This document shows positions 47,940 to 56,263 of a DNA stretch of 64,000 nucleotides, one piece after another. The stretch lies in the NCBI GenBank assembly GCA_035403225.1, contig DAONET010000001.1:52281-116280 (forward strand), given 5' to 3'. Every line of letters starts with the position of its first letter. Positions within the stretch are counted from its first letter, which is position 1. The position numbers were made by a program, and so were the translations under genes. Origin of the DNA: Bacteroidales bacterium. GTDB taxonomy: Bacteria > Bacteroidota > Bacteroidia > Bacteroidales > FEN-979. The notes under the pieces are model-generated. The model saw nothing but the letters and a program-made list of their open reading frames with translations, had not been told where the DNA came from and did no database searches.

Positions 47940-49496
47940 ATGAACCGCATTGTTATCATTACCGTCACTTTACTGGGTCTTTCCCTGTCAGGATGCAAGA
48001 CACAGCAAAACACTGCCGGCGTGAATTACGATGATGCATATGTTAAAACATCCGTCACGCAGGATTATTCACGGCCAGCCACTACCACTCCCCAAGACGT
48101 AGTCACTGTAAATGATTCGACGGCAGCTGTCAAATCCGCCACTGTAGGTGAGGATTACAGCGATTATTCTTATTCATCGAGGGTCAAGCGTTTTCATAAT
48201 GCCGAGAAGGAAGCCGGGTACTTCGATCCTGTTTATACCGACACGGAGAATTACGACAACACGGCCACCAATGAATCCGACGCCGGATCTTCTTCTTCCC
48301 CGGATGTAAACATTTACCTGGGTACCGGTTGGGGTGGTTATTCTCCCTATACCACTATTGGTTTTTCCTATGGTTGGGGATATGACCCCTGGAACTATGG
48401 TTATTACGGATATCCTTATTCATACTGGTATTCCTCTTACTATTGGGATCCCTTCTTCTTCGGACACCATTACTATCCTTACTATTACCCGTATAATTAC
48501 TACGGATACTGGAACGGATACTGGAACGGTTATTGGGATGGTCATAACGAATACTGGGATCCTCACGGATGGGACGGCCATCATGGAGGCCCTGGTGAAG
48601 GAGGATATTACGGTCATCGTACCTTTGTAGGCAACGGCTCATCGGGGCATTACCGTCCTGATGTCTCTGCACGATTGAAACGTGCCAGCATCACCGGCAC
48701 TCCGGAGGGCAATGATGGCACTAAACCGAGAGTGCTGCCCAACGGCACCGGGAACAATCAGCGGGTAGATCCGACCAATGTCACCACTCAGCGGGCTGTT
48801 ACGGAAACACGCTCCAACACGGTTGAACGTTCAACAGGAACCACTACTCCGGCCCAGCGTTCCAATACGGCGGTGAGGACCAATACGAACAACCAGCAAC
48901 AGTATAAGTACACCCGTCCGTCCAGCGAACGTCAGGCCCCTGCCCAGAGACAGAATACCGGGTACCAGCGTCAGAACACCCAGCCGAATCCGAAGTACGC
49001 CAGACCGGGGACAGGACAGCAAGCTACCCGGACGACTACCGAGAACTACTCTTCTCCGCTTTACCGGCAGCCTAAATCCAGCCAGGAGTACCTGAGTCCG
49101 AGGTCACAGTCGACAACCACCCGCCAGACTTCAACCCAAGGTGTGAGAACCAATAGTCAGCAGAGACAGAGCACTCCCACCCAGGGGACGCAGAGAACCT
49201 ATACTACCCCGCAGAAGCAGAATGTGAACCCGGGGAACACTCCCGGCCGTAGTAATACTCCGGGATATTCGACCCCGCAGCGCCAGAACAATTCGGGATC
49301 TTCGAGAGGCAGTTACACTCCCTCCTCCCGTTCAGGCCAGAGTTATTCAACCCCGTCGCGGTCGGGTTCAACCAGGTCTTCCTATTCTGCTCCTTCACGG
49401 TCGGGCGGAAGTTCTTCATCAGCTCCGTCGCGCTCAGGCGGAAGTTCTTCTTCCCGTTCAAGTGGCAGCGGTTCATCCAACGGTCATAGAAAATAA
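47940..49496 (+). CDS. Extreme low-complexity lipoprotein (Tyr/Trp/Gly block plus basic Thr/Gln/Arg/Ser tail); function unknown
   Basis: The signal peptide MNRIVIITVTLLGLSLSGC carries the lipobox LSGC. The downstream sequence is compositionally extreme but retains an open frame for 518 codons. The tandem peptide repeats differ only at synonymous sites (see repeat features), which argues for real translation. Confidence 0.7.
   Translation: MNRIVIITVTLLGLSLSGCKTQQNTAGVNYDDAYVKTSVTQDYSRPATTTPQDVVTVNDSTAAVKSATVGEDYSDYSYSSRVKRFHNAEKEAGYFDPVYTDTENYDNTATNESDAGSSSSPDVNIYLGTGWGGYSPYTTIGFSYGWGYDPWNYGYYGYPYSYWYSSYYWDPFFFGHHYYPYYYPYNYYGYWNGYWNGYWDGHNEYWDPHGWDGHHGGPGEGGYYGHRTFVGNGSSGHYRPDVSARLKRASITGTPEGNDGTKPRVLPNGTGNNQRVDPTNVTTQRAVTETRSNTVERSTGTTTPAQRSNTAVRTNTNNQQQYKYTRPSSERQAPAQRQNTGYQRQNTQPNPKYARPGTGQQATRTTTENYSSPLYRQPKSSQEYLSPRSQSTTTRQTSTQGVRTNSQQRQSTPTQGTQRTYTTPQKQNVNPGNTPGRSNTPGYSTPQRQNNSGSSRGSYTPSSRSGQSYSTPSRSGSTRSSYSAPSRSGGSSSSAPSRSGGSSSSRSSGSGSSNGHRK
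48504..48539 (+). repeat. 3 x 12-nt in-frame tandem repeat encoding GYWN-GYWN-GYWD
   Basis: GGATACTGGAAC occurs twice perfectly (48504..48527), followed by the degenerate GGTTATTGGGAT. The repeat is codon-aligned with the 47940 frame. Confidence 0.9.
49389..49454 (+). repeat. 2 x 33-nt in-frame tandem repeat encoding APSRSGGSSSS twice
   Basis: The units 49389..49421 and 49422..49454 encode identical peptides but differ at 6 third-codon positions. More degenerate (S/T)PSRSG copies lie just upstream. Confidence 0.9.
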
Positions 49497-49512
49497 CTAA
49501 TATCATATCCGT

Positions 49513-50973
49513 ATGAAAAAACTTATTGCACTGTCGCTGACCTTATTGACCGCTGTCAGCCTTCATGCACAAGATTCCTGGGATGCCTTACGGTATTCCA
49601 GGATTTCTTTTAGCGGAACGAGCAGATATATAGGCCTTGGAGGATCTTCCGGAGCGGTGGGCGCCGATCTCTCCCTGCTGGCCACCAACCCGGCCGGACT
49701 CGGATTTTACAAAAGCTTCGAGTTTACGTTCACTCCCGGGGTTTCGGTCACTAACACCTGGTCGTCATACAATGACGCTCCGAAGAACAGAGATTATCAA
49801 TCGAATTTTGCCTTTAACAACATGGGATTCGTTTTTTCCTTCCCATCTAAAAAATCGGATTCAAAAAAAGGATTCCGGAACTTCAATATCGGTTTCGCCA
49901 TGAACCGTCAAAATGATTATAACAGCGCTACCCTCATCGCCGGCGACAACCATGCCAGTTCGCTGGTGAATGTTTTTACCGACGAGTTGAACCTTTCGGG
50001 AGTTTCGCAGCCTAATATCAGGGCTGCTTTCCCCTTCGATATCGGACTGGCTTATGACTGTCAGCTGATCTATTTCGACAGTCTCAACAACCAATATACC
50101 TGTGACATGCCCCAAGGAGGCGTTTATCAGGAGAAATCCATTATCACCAGCGGTTCTCTCACCGAGTATGACATCTCCGCAGGAGGGAATATCGCCGATA
50201 AAGTGTACATTGGTTTAACCATGGGGATAGCAAGTCTCCATTATGAGCAGGATAACTACTATTATGAATTTGATTCCGGTGATTCCATTCCTTACTTCAA
50301 GTCCATGAAGTATCAATATGGTTTCACCACCGGAGGAACCGGGATCAATTTCAAAGCCGGGGTCATTTACCGTCCGGTTGAATGGTTCAGAGCGGGTCTT
50401 GCCTTTCATTCTCCCACCTGGTATGCTGACATGGAAGACACTTATTCATCGGCCATGGCTGCACGGTACGACAGCATCCTGAATCCCGAAACGCAGTACT
50501 CGCCTTATGGATATTTCAATTATGAGATGAAAACGCCATACCGGGTGATTGGGAGTGTGGCATTCTTTATCGGACAGCGGGGTTTTATCAGCGGGGAGTA
50601 TGAGTACGTGAATTACAGCCAGGCTAAGTTCCATGATGAGGACGGGTCATTCCGTGAAGTGAACAAAGACATAAGTTCCAACTTCAAGGCTCCCCTCAAC
50701 TTCCGACTGGGAAGTGAATGGGTATTCGGACCATTCCGGGTCAGGGGCGGATTCGGATACAGCGGGAAGCCTGAAACATCGGGTATCACCGGGGTAAAAT
50801 ACACAGCCAGCTGCGGAGCAGGTTATTTCTCCAGGCATTTCTTCACCGATGTTGCTTATCAGTGGACGGGCATGAATGGAGAGTATTACCTGTATCAATC
50901 CGATCTGGTCAACGCAGCCGACATCTGGCAACAGAGTTCTTTAATCACCGCCACGCTCGGTTTCCGTCTTTAA
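49513..50973 (+). CDS. FadL/OmpP1/PorV-like outer-membrane beta-barrel protein
   Basis: 486 aa with the signal peptide (LTAVSLHAQ). The N-terminal plug-like motif RYIGLGGSSGAVGADLSLLATNPAGLGFY resembles FadL-family hatch regions. The rest has alternating beta-strand patterning. It starts 16 nt after the lipoprotein stop. Confidence 0.55.
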   Translation: MKKLIALSLTLLTAVSLHAQDSWDALRYSRISFSGTSRYIGLGGSSGAVGADLSLLATNPAGLGFYKSFEFTFTPGVSVTNTWSSYNDAPKNRDYQSNFAFNNMGFVFSFPSKKSDSKKGFRNFNIGFAMNRQNDYNSATLIAGDNHASSLVNVFTDELNLSGVSQPNIRAAFPFDIGLAYDCQLIYFDSLNNQYTCDMPQGGVYQEKSIITSGSLTEYDISAGGNIADKVYIGLTMGIASLHYEQDNYYYEFDSGDSIPYFKSMKYQYGFTTGGTGINFKAGVIYRPVEWFRAGLAFHSPTWYADMEDTYSSAMAARYDSILNPETQYSPYGYFNYEMKTPYRVIGSVAFFIGQRGFISGEYEYVNYSQAKFHDEDGSFREVNKDISSNFKAPLNFRLGSEWVFGPFRVRGGFGYSGKPETSGITGVKYTASCGAGYFSRHFFTDVAYQWTGMNGEYYLYQSDLVNAADIWQQSSLITATLGFRL

Positions 50974-52514
50974 CGAAGGTGTTTTTTCACCCTGTTCAAA
51001 CCAGCCCTGGCCTTCTGACCAAGGCTGGTTTTGTATTCCTTGTAATCCATGGAAAGGCAGAGACGGTAGCTGGAATCGGCTGATGCATATTCATGCTGCT
51101 GTTCGTGGATGATTCCCATCTGGAGCGCTGCTCCGGCGGCATAGTACTGTGGTAATCCCTGCCCATTTTTTACGGCCAGCCGGAAATTTGTCAAGGCACG
51201 CTGACTTTGTTGCAGCGACTGGTAAATCCGTCCAAGCCGGTAGTAATACTCGGCCAGGTCGCTTTTATTCCGGATATACTGTGTCAGGCTGTTATTGAGC
51301 AATGTCTGCAGTGCGCGCTGGTAATAACCTCCATCGAAAAGGAGCCGGGCTTTCAGGAGGGGTACACAAGGCATCAGCCCGGAGGAGGCTTCGCCGGCGG
51401 CTTGTTTGTCCTCATCCACTTCCAGACTTCCCTGTGACAAGGCCTGCCGTATATATTTGCGATACGAGGCGGTATCCCCGGCCAGCAGGGAAGCCCAGGC
51501 AATTTTCTGCCAGGAAGATTTGATGTAGTTGGTTCCCCTGAATCCGGCAAGGAATTTCCGGAATGAGCCGGCGGCACCGGGATCGAGGTTATTCAGGCGG
51601 GCTGTTCCGGCCTGGAAATCGAGGAAAGAAAGGCGGTAGTCGCTTTCATTTCCGCGGTGAGAGAGGACGGCCAATGCCCGGGCATTATGGCCCGTTTTCA
51701 GGTAGATATTGGCTTTTGCATAGATGACCAGCGGACTTTGTGCGTAAAGACGGAGGTCGGGGTCGGTGTCGAACTTGGCTATGACAGCCATGGCACAGTC
51801 CGGATTGTTCCGGAGATTGACATTAATCAGCGCCGCCACGATACATGCGGGGCTCTTCAGGGAACAGATGAAAGGGTCACCGCCCTGGTAGTCTATTATC
51901 CGCTGGATGTGGGCAGCGCCCTGTTCGATGTTGCCTCCCAGTCCGGCCATACTGGCGAGCCATTTATAGTTATCGGGAATGATTCCGGCGAGGACATTCA
52001 TGATCCCCAGTCCAAGCCGATCGGGCATGAAAGCCGGGTAGCGGGCATGGTTTTCTTTCAGCAGTTCGTTGGCTCTTTTCAGTTCGAGCCCGGCTGTGGC
52101 GTATTCCCGGAACTTCAACCTCGCGAAGGCCCATTGGATATTCAGGTCGGCGAGGCAGAAGCGATAATAGGGTGATGACTCCATACCTTTCGACAGCAGG
52201 TCGATCCGTTTTTTCATCAGATCACGGTGCTGGTTGAAATAGGACAGGTCTTCGCCGGTAAAAAGGATCAGGAAATCAATATAGTTTTCGATATAAACCG
52301 GTATCAGGTTATCCGGGTTAAGGATTTTTTCCTGGCGGAGTAGGTTTCCGGCTTCGTTAAAGCGGAACATCATCACGGCATCCCATGCCTGCCGGCAGAC
52401 AGGATTAAACTCATATTTCTGGCTACGGGCGGGAAGGTATAAAAGAACGAGGGCGCTTGTCAGGAAAAGGATCTTCCTGCAAAACGCCCCCGGATGTTGA
52501 ATAGAAAGGATCAT
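50970..52514 (-). CDS. Secreted all-helical TPR-like protein, function unknown
   Basis: 514 aa with an N-terminal signal or anchor (ILFLTSALVLLYLPARSQ) and helical-repeat character with TPR-like segments near the C-terminus (YYYRLGRIYQSLQQSQRAL). Its ATG overlaps the upstream Zn-ribbon gene stop by 4 nt. Confidence 0.55.
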   Translation of the reverse strand: MILSIQHPGAFCRKILFLTSALVLLYLPARSQKYEFNPVCRQAWDAVMMFRFNEAGNLLRQEKILNPDNLIPVYIENYIDFLILFTGEDLSYFNQHRDLMKKRIDLLSKGMESSPYYRFCLADLNIQWAFARLKFREYATAGLELKRANELLKENHARYPAFMPDRLGLGIMNVLAGIIPDNYKWLASMAGLGGNIEQGAAHIQRIIDYQGGDPFICSLKSPACIVAALINVNLRNNPDCAMAVIAKFDTDPDLRLYAQSPLVIYAKANIYLKTGHNARALAVLSHRGNESDYRLSFLDFQAGTARLNNLDPGAAGSFRKFLAGFRGTNYIKSSWQKIAWASLLAGDTASYRKYIRQALSQGSLEVDEDKQAAGEASSGLMPCVPLLKARLLFDGGYYQRALQTLLNNSLTQYIRNKSDLAEYYYRLGRIYQSLQQSQRALTNFRLAVKNGQGLPQYYAAGAALQMGIIHEQQHEYASADSSYRLCLSMDYKEYKTSLGQKARAGLNRVKKHLR

Positions 52515-53437
52515 TCTTTCACGATGTTGACGATATCGTCATCCACCAGGATCCTCCCGCAATATTCGCAAACGATGATTTTTTTATGCATTTTGATATC
52601 CAGCTGATGCTGAGGTGGAATCTTATTGAAGCAGCCGCCGCAAGCGTCGCGTTCGATCTGAACCACCGCCAGTCCGTTCCGTGCATTTTTCCGGATGCGG
52701 GTGTAGGCCGTAATCAACCTTTCTTCGATCATTTTCCGGTGCTGTTCCGACTGCGTCATCAGTTCCAGTTTTTCCTTTTCCGTCTCAGCAATAATATCAT
52801 CGAGTTCACCTTTCTTGATTTCGAGATCATTTTTGCGGTCCAGCAGATTTTTCTGATAAACTTCAATCTCGGTGTTTTTTGCCTGGAGGGAAGCCTCAAA
52901 CTCACGGATACGTTTTTCTGACAGTTGAATTTCGAGGTTCTGGAATTCGATCTCTTTGGAAAGAGAATCGTATTCGCGGTTGTTTCTGACATTCATCTGC
53001 TGTTCTTCGTAGCGTTTAATCATCGCATGGCTTTCCTTGATGGCAGTCTTTTTATCGGCGATGGATTTTTCGAGGCCCGAAGATTCTTCCTGATAGTTTT
53101 GGATACGGGTTTCGAGTCCGGCGATTTCATCTTCCAGGTCCTGCACTTCAAGGGGAAGTTCACCGCGGATGATCCGAATCCTGTCTATCTGTGAGTCAAT
53201 TTGTTGTAAGCTATATAGCGCAATCAGTTTTTTCTCGATGGTAATTTCAACCTTATCTTCAGCCGTCTCCGGTTTTCCCTTGGTCTGGAGAACCTCAATT
53301 TTTTCTTCCTTGACCTCCACTTTTTCAGGTTCCGCCTTTTTTGTCTTTTTCGGAGCCTCAGTTTCCTTTGCCGTTACCTTTTTTGCCAGTTTCTCCGGCT
53401 TTGATGTGGCTACAGGTTTGCTAACGGATTTCGCCAT
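52511..53437 (-). CDS. COG1579/DUF164 coiled-coil protein with C4 zinc-ribbon, carrying a K/E/P-rich N-terminal extension
   Basis: 308 aa with the C-terminal CGGC..(x22)..CEYCGRIL zinc ribbon, a central coiled coil, and the classical position directly downstream of nif3. The first ~65 aa are Lys/Glu/Pro-rich. Confidence 0.8.
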   Translation of the reverse strand: MAKSVSKPVATSKPEKLAKKVTAKETEAPKKTKKAEPEKVEVKEEKIEVLQTKGKPETAEDKVEITIEKKLIALYSLQQIDSQIDRIRIIRGELPLEVQDLEDEIAGLETRIQNYQEESSGLEKSIADKKTAIKESHAMIKRYEEQQMNVRNNREYDSLSKEIEFQNLEIQLSEKRIREFEASLQAKNTEIEVYQKNLLDRKNDLEIKKGELDDIIAETEKEKLELMTQSEQHRKMIEERLITAYTRIRKNARNGLAVVQIERDACGGCFNKIPPQHQLDIKMHKKIIVCEYCGRILVDDDIVNIVKE

Positions 53438-53448
53438 AAATAAGTCTT

Positions 53449-54543
53449 TTATAAATATTTAACAGGATTTTGTTCCTTTTCAGAAATTAAGACTGCAAAG
53501 TTAGGAAATTTTCTATTCAATATAGCAGAAATCAGTTCCTTCACCCATTGTTCACTTTCATAATGGCCAATATCTGCCAGCAGAAGAGACGATCTTGTAC
53601 CGGTAAAATCGTGATATTTCAGATCGCCGGTCAAGAAGGCGTCAGCGTCATTTTTAACAGCATCGGGGATGAGGAAGGAGCCGGAACCGCTGCACACCGC
53701 CACTTGCCGGATTTGCTGACCGGTGTGCTCTGAATGCCGGAGGACAGGGATGCCGAATGTTTCCTTCACCATTTCCAGAAATTTCCCGGCGGGCAACGGG
53801 ACATCCAATGTACCGATCATGCCGGATCCTGCCCTGGCAAATTCGTTGGCAAGCGGATAGATATCAAAAGCTACTTCTTCGTATGGGTGAGCTGTTTTCA
53901 GGGCAGTGATGAGTTTTCGTTCCAGATAGGAAGGGAAGATCACTTCGATCCTGACTTCGGGTTCCAAATGAAGTTCGTTCATATCGCCGACAAACGGGTT
54001 GGCTCCTTCAAGGGCCCGGAAAGTACCGGAGCCATCGGTATTGTAACTGCACGAGTCATAATTACCGATATGTCCGGCCCCTGTATCGAACAGTGCTTGT
54101 CTTACCCGGTCAGCATAGTCGTAAGGGCAGAAAGTAACCAGCTTAAGCAGCATATTTTTTTTCGGGGCCAGAATCCGGGTTTCTTTCAGTTTCAGGATAT
54201 CGCAAAGAAACTGGTTCAGTCCTGTCACCGAATTATCGAGGTTGGTGTGAATGGCATAGAGGTTGATCCCGTTGACCATGGCTTCCCGGATGATTTCGTA
54301 TTCGGGACTTCCGGTGAGTATCTTTTTCAATCCATGAAAGATGAACGGGTGATGGGATATCACCAGGTCACAGTGCTTTTCGACGGCTTCGCGGATCACT
54401 TCCGGGGTCAGATCGAGGCTCACCAGGGCGCTGGTAACGTCTGAAGCCGGGTCTCCGGTCAGCAACCCGGCGTTATCATAATCTTCCTGGAACGACAAAG
54501 GCGCCCATTTTTCCAGTTCCTGCAAGATCTCTTGTATTTTCAT
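53449..54543 (-). CDS. Nif3-like dinuclear metal centre protein (YbgI / GTP cyclohydrolase 1 type 2 family)
   Basis: 364 aa with the NIF3 motifs (DYDNAGLL, ISHHPFIFHG, YAIHTNLD, GSG) and the PII-like insert typical of the long form. Confidence 0.9.
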   Translation of the reverse strand: MKIQEILQELEKWAPLSFQEDYDNAGLLTGDPASDVTSALVSLDLTPEVIREAVEKHCDLVISHHPFIFHGLKKILTGSPEYEIIREAMVNGINLYAIHTNLDNSVTGLNQFLCDILKLKETRILAPKKNMLLKLVTFCPYDYADRVRQALFDTGAGHIGNYDSCSYNTDGSGTFRALEGANPFVGDMNELHLEPEVRIEVIFPSYLERKLITALKTAHPYEEVAFDIYPLANEFARAGSGMIGTLDVPLPAGKFLEMVKETFGIPVLRHSEHTGQQIRQVAVCSGSGSFLIPDAVKNDADAFLTGDLKYHDFTGTRSSLLLADIGHYESEQWVKELISAILNRKFPNFAVLISEKEQNPVKYL

Positions 54544-54571
54544 GATTCTTCTGATATAATCTCCGGCGCAT

Positions 54572-54579
54572 CAAATGTA
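54572..54579 (-). promoter_or_regulatory. Bacteroidota -7 promoter box TACATTTG for the nif3 operon
   Basis: The reverse complement of caaatgta matches TAnnTTTG, 28 nt upstream of the nif3 ATG. Confidence 0.5.
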
Positions 54580-54716
54580 GTCATGAAGGCGGAAAATTCC
54601 TATAAGAAAACGCGTCGATTCCTGTTTATAACATGTTGATAACTTACCCTCCTCTCTTCCGCCGGCCATCAAAAAAAACAAAATCTTTACTGAAGAGAAA
54701 AATCAATAGGAATCAG

Positions 54717-55118
54717 ATGAAAGAGCCATCAATTTTCATTATTGACAAAAATCCTTTGCAAGGCAATCTGGTGAAATACCAGTTGGCTGCAAATCGTTTT
54801 TTCGATGTATGGTTATTTGCATCGGTGGAAGAGTGCCTGTACCGTTTACGGAAGCAGTCGCCCGATTTCCTGATCACGGAGTACGAGTTGGGGGACTATA
54901 CCGGTGATGAGTTGCTCAGAATGTCGCAAAAAATCTCACCACGGACGCAGGTCATTTTCTTCACTTCTCACGATGACGCTGGTTTTGCAGCGTCGATGCT
55001 GGCTGCGGGAGCCAGGGATTACGTCGTAAAATCAGCCCGAATGGACAAGAGTATCAATGAATTAGCAACCAACATTGCGTACATCCATTCCGAAGCCCCC
55101 GTAAAAGAAGAAGAATAG
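54717..55118 (+). CDS. Stand-alone response-regulator receiver domain, atypical (Glu at the phospho-acceptor position)
   Basis: About 133 aa counted from MKEPSIFIIDKN. The CheY-like layout has conserved Thr (FFTSHD) and Lys (YVVKS), but the acidic pair is D-K and the D57-equivalent is E55 (LITEYELGD; codon GAG 54879..54881). Confidence 0.65.
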   Translation: MKEPSIFIIDKNPLQGNLVKYQLAANRFFDVWLFASVEECLYRLRKQSPDFLITEYELGDYTGDELLRMSQKISPRTQVIFFTSHDDAGFAASMLAAGARDYVVKSARMDKSINELATNIAYIHSEAPVKEEE

Positions 55119-55201
55119 AGCAAATATTTTAACCGGGGAAAATAAAATCATTAATTAGAATTTCATATCTTTTTTTTTTACTTTTACCGTGTTTTACAAG
55201 G

Positions 55202-56263
55202 ATGCGGCTGATACATTTTTTATTATTGCCCCTTTCATTTTGTTATGGGCTTTTGATGATGGTTCGTAACAAATTATATGACATCGGACTTTTCAGATCC
55301 GCATCATTCGATATTCCAATCATTTGTGTAGGAAATTTATCTGCCGGCGGCACGGGAAAGACGCCTCATATCGAGTATCTGATCAGGCTGTTGAAAGATC
55401 GTTTTATGGTTGCGACTCTAAGCCGGGGTTATGGTCGTGACAGTTCAGGTTATCTGGTCGCATCGAAATGTTCAAACTATAAATATATCGGTGATGAGCC
55501 CATGCAACTGATCAAGAAATTTCCCGATATAAAAGTAGCTGTTGACGCCAAACGGGAACATGGCATCCGTTCCCTGGTGAGCAAAAATCCCGGATTAAAT
55601 GTGATCCTTCTCGACGATGCCTTTCAGCACCGTTCCGTGAAGCCGGGTTTATCGATCCTGCTTACAGACTACCGCCATCTATACACCGAAGATCATGTCC
55701 TTCCTTCGGGCATGTTACGTGAATTTCCTTCCGGAGCCAAGCGGGCGGATATCATCATTGTCACCAAAACCCCCAAAGTATTTTCTCCCATTACCCGGCG
55801 GCGCATCATCGAGGAGTTGAAACCAACCCCCAGGCAACACCTGTTCTTTTCGTATATCCGGTATTGTGATCCCGTTGCGGCTTTTGATTATCCCATCCCC
55901 TTCCAGCATCGGTACTCGTACATCATTATTTTTTCGGGTATCGCGGATGACGAACCGCTGAGCGAGCATCTGGAGCGAAAATGCACGGAACTGGTCCGCA
56001 TGAAATTCCGGGATCATCATCCATACACCCTCGATGATGTTTTATCGATCCAGAAAAAATATGATGATCTGCCCACCCAGAAAAAAGCCATTGTAACCAC
56101 CGAAAAAGATTTGATGCGGCTGCGTTCACCGGAGTTCACCCAGATCCTGAAAACACTGCCGATCTTCTACATCCCCATCGTCATGGAGTTCCACGGAGCC
56201 GATGGAGAGCAGTTCGACAAAACGGTGCTGACGTACCTGGAGACATCCTCCAAGGGTCACTGA
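55202..56263 (+). CDS. lpxK: Tetraacyldisaccharide 4'-kinase
   Basis: 353 aa with an N-terminal membrane helix and the LpxK P-loop VGNLSAGGTGKTP. Confidence 0.9.
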   Translation: MRLIHFLLLPLSFCYGLLMMVRNKLYDIGLFRSASFDIPIICVGNLSAGGTGKTPHIEYLIRLLKDRFMVATLSRGYGRDSSGYLVASKCSNYKYIGDEPMQLIKKFPDIKVAVDAKREHGIRSLVSKNPGLNVILLDDAFQHRSVKPGLSILLTDYRHLYTEDHVLPSGMLREFPSGAKRADIIIVTKTPKVFSPITRRRIIEELKPTPRQHLFFSYIRYCDPVAAFDYPIPFQHRYSYIIIFSGIADDEPLSEHLERKCTELVRMKFRDHHPYTLDDVLSIQKKYDDLPTQKKAIVTTEKDLMRLRSPEFTQILKTLPIFYIPIVMEFHGADGEQFDKTVLTYLETSSKGH

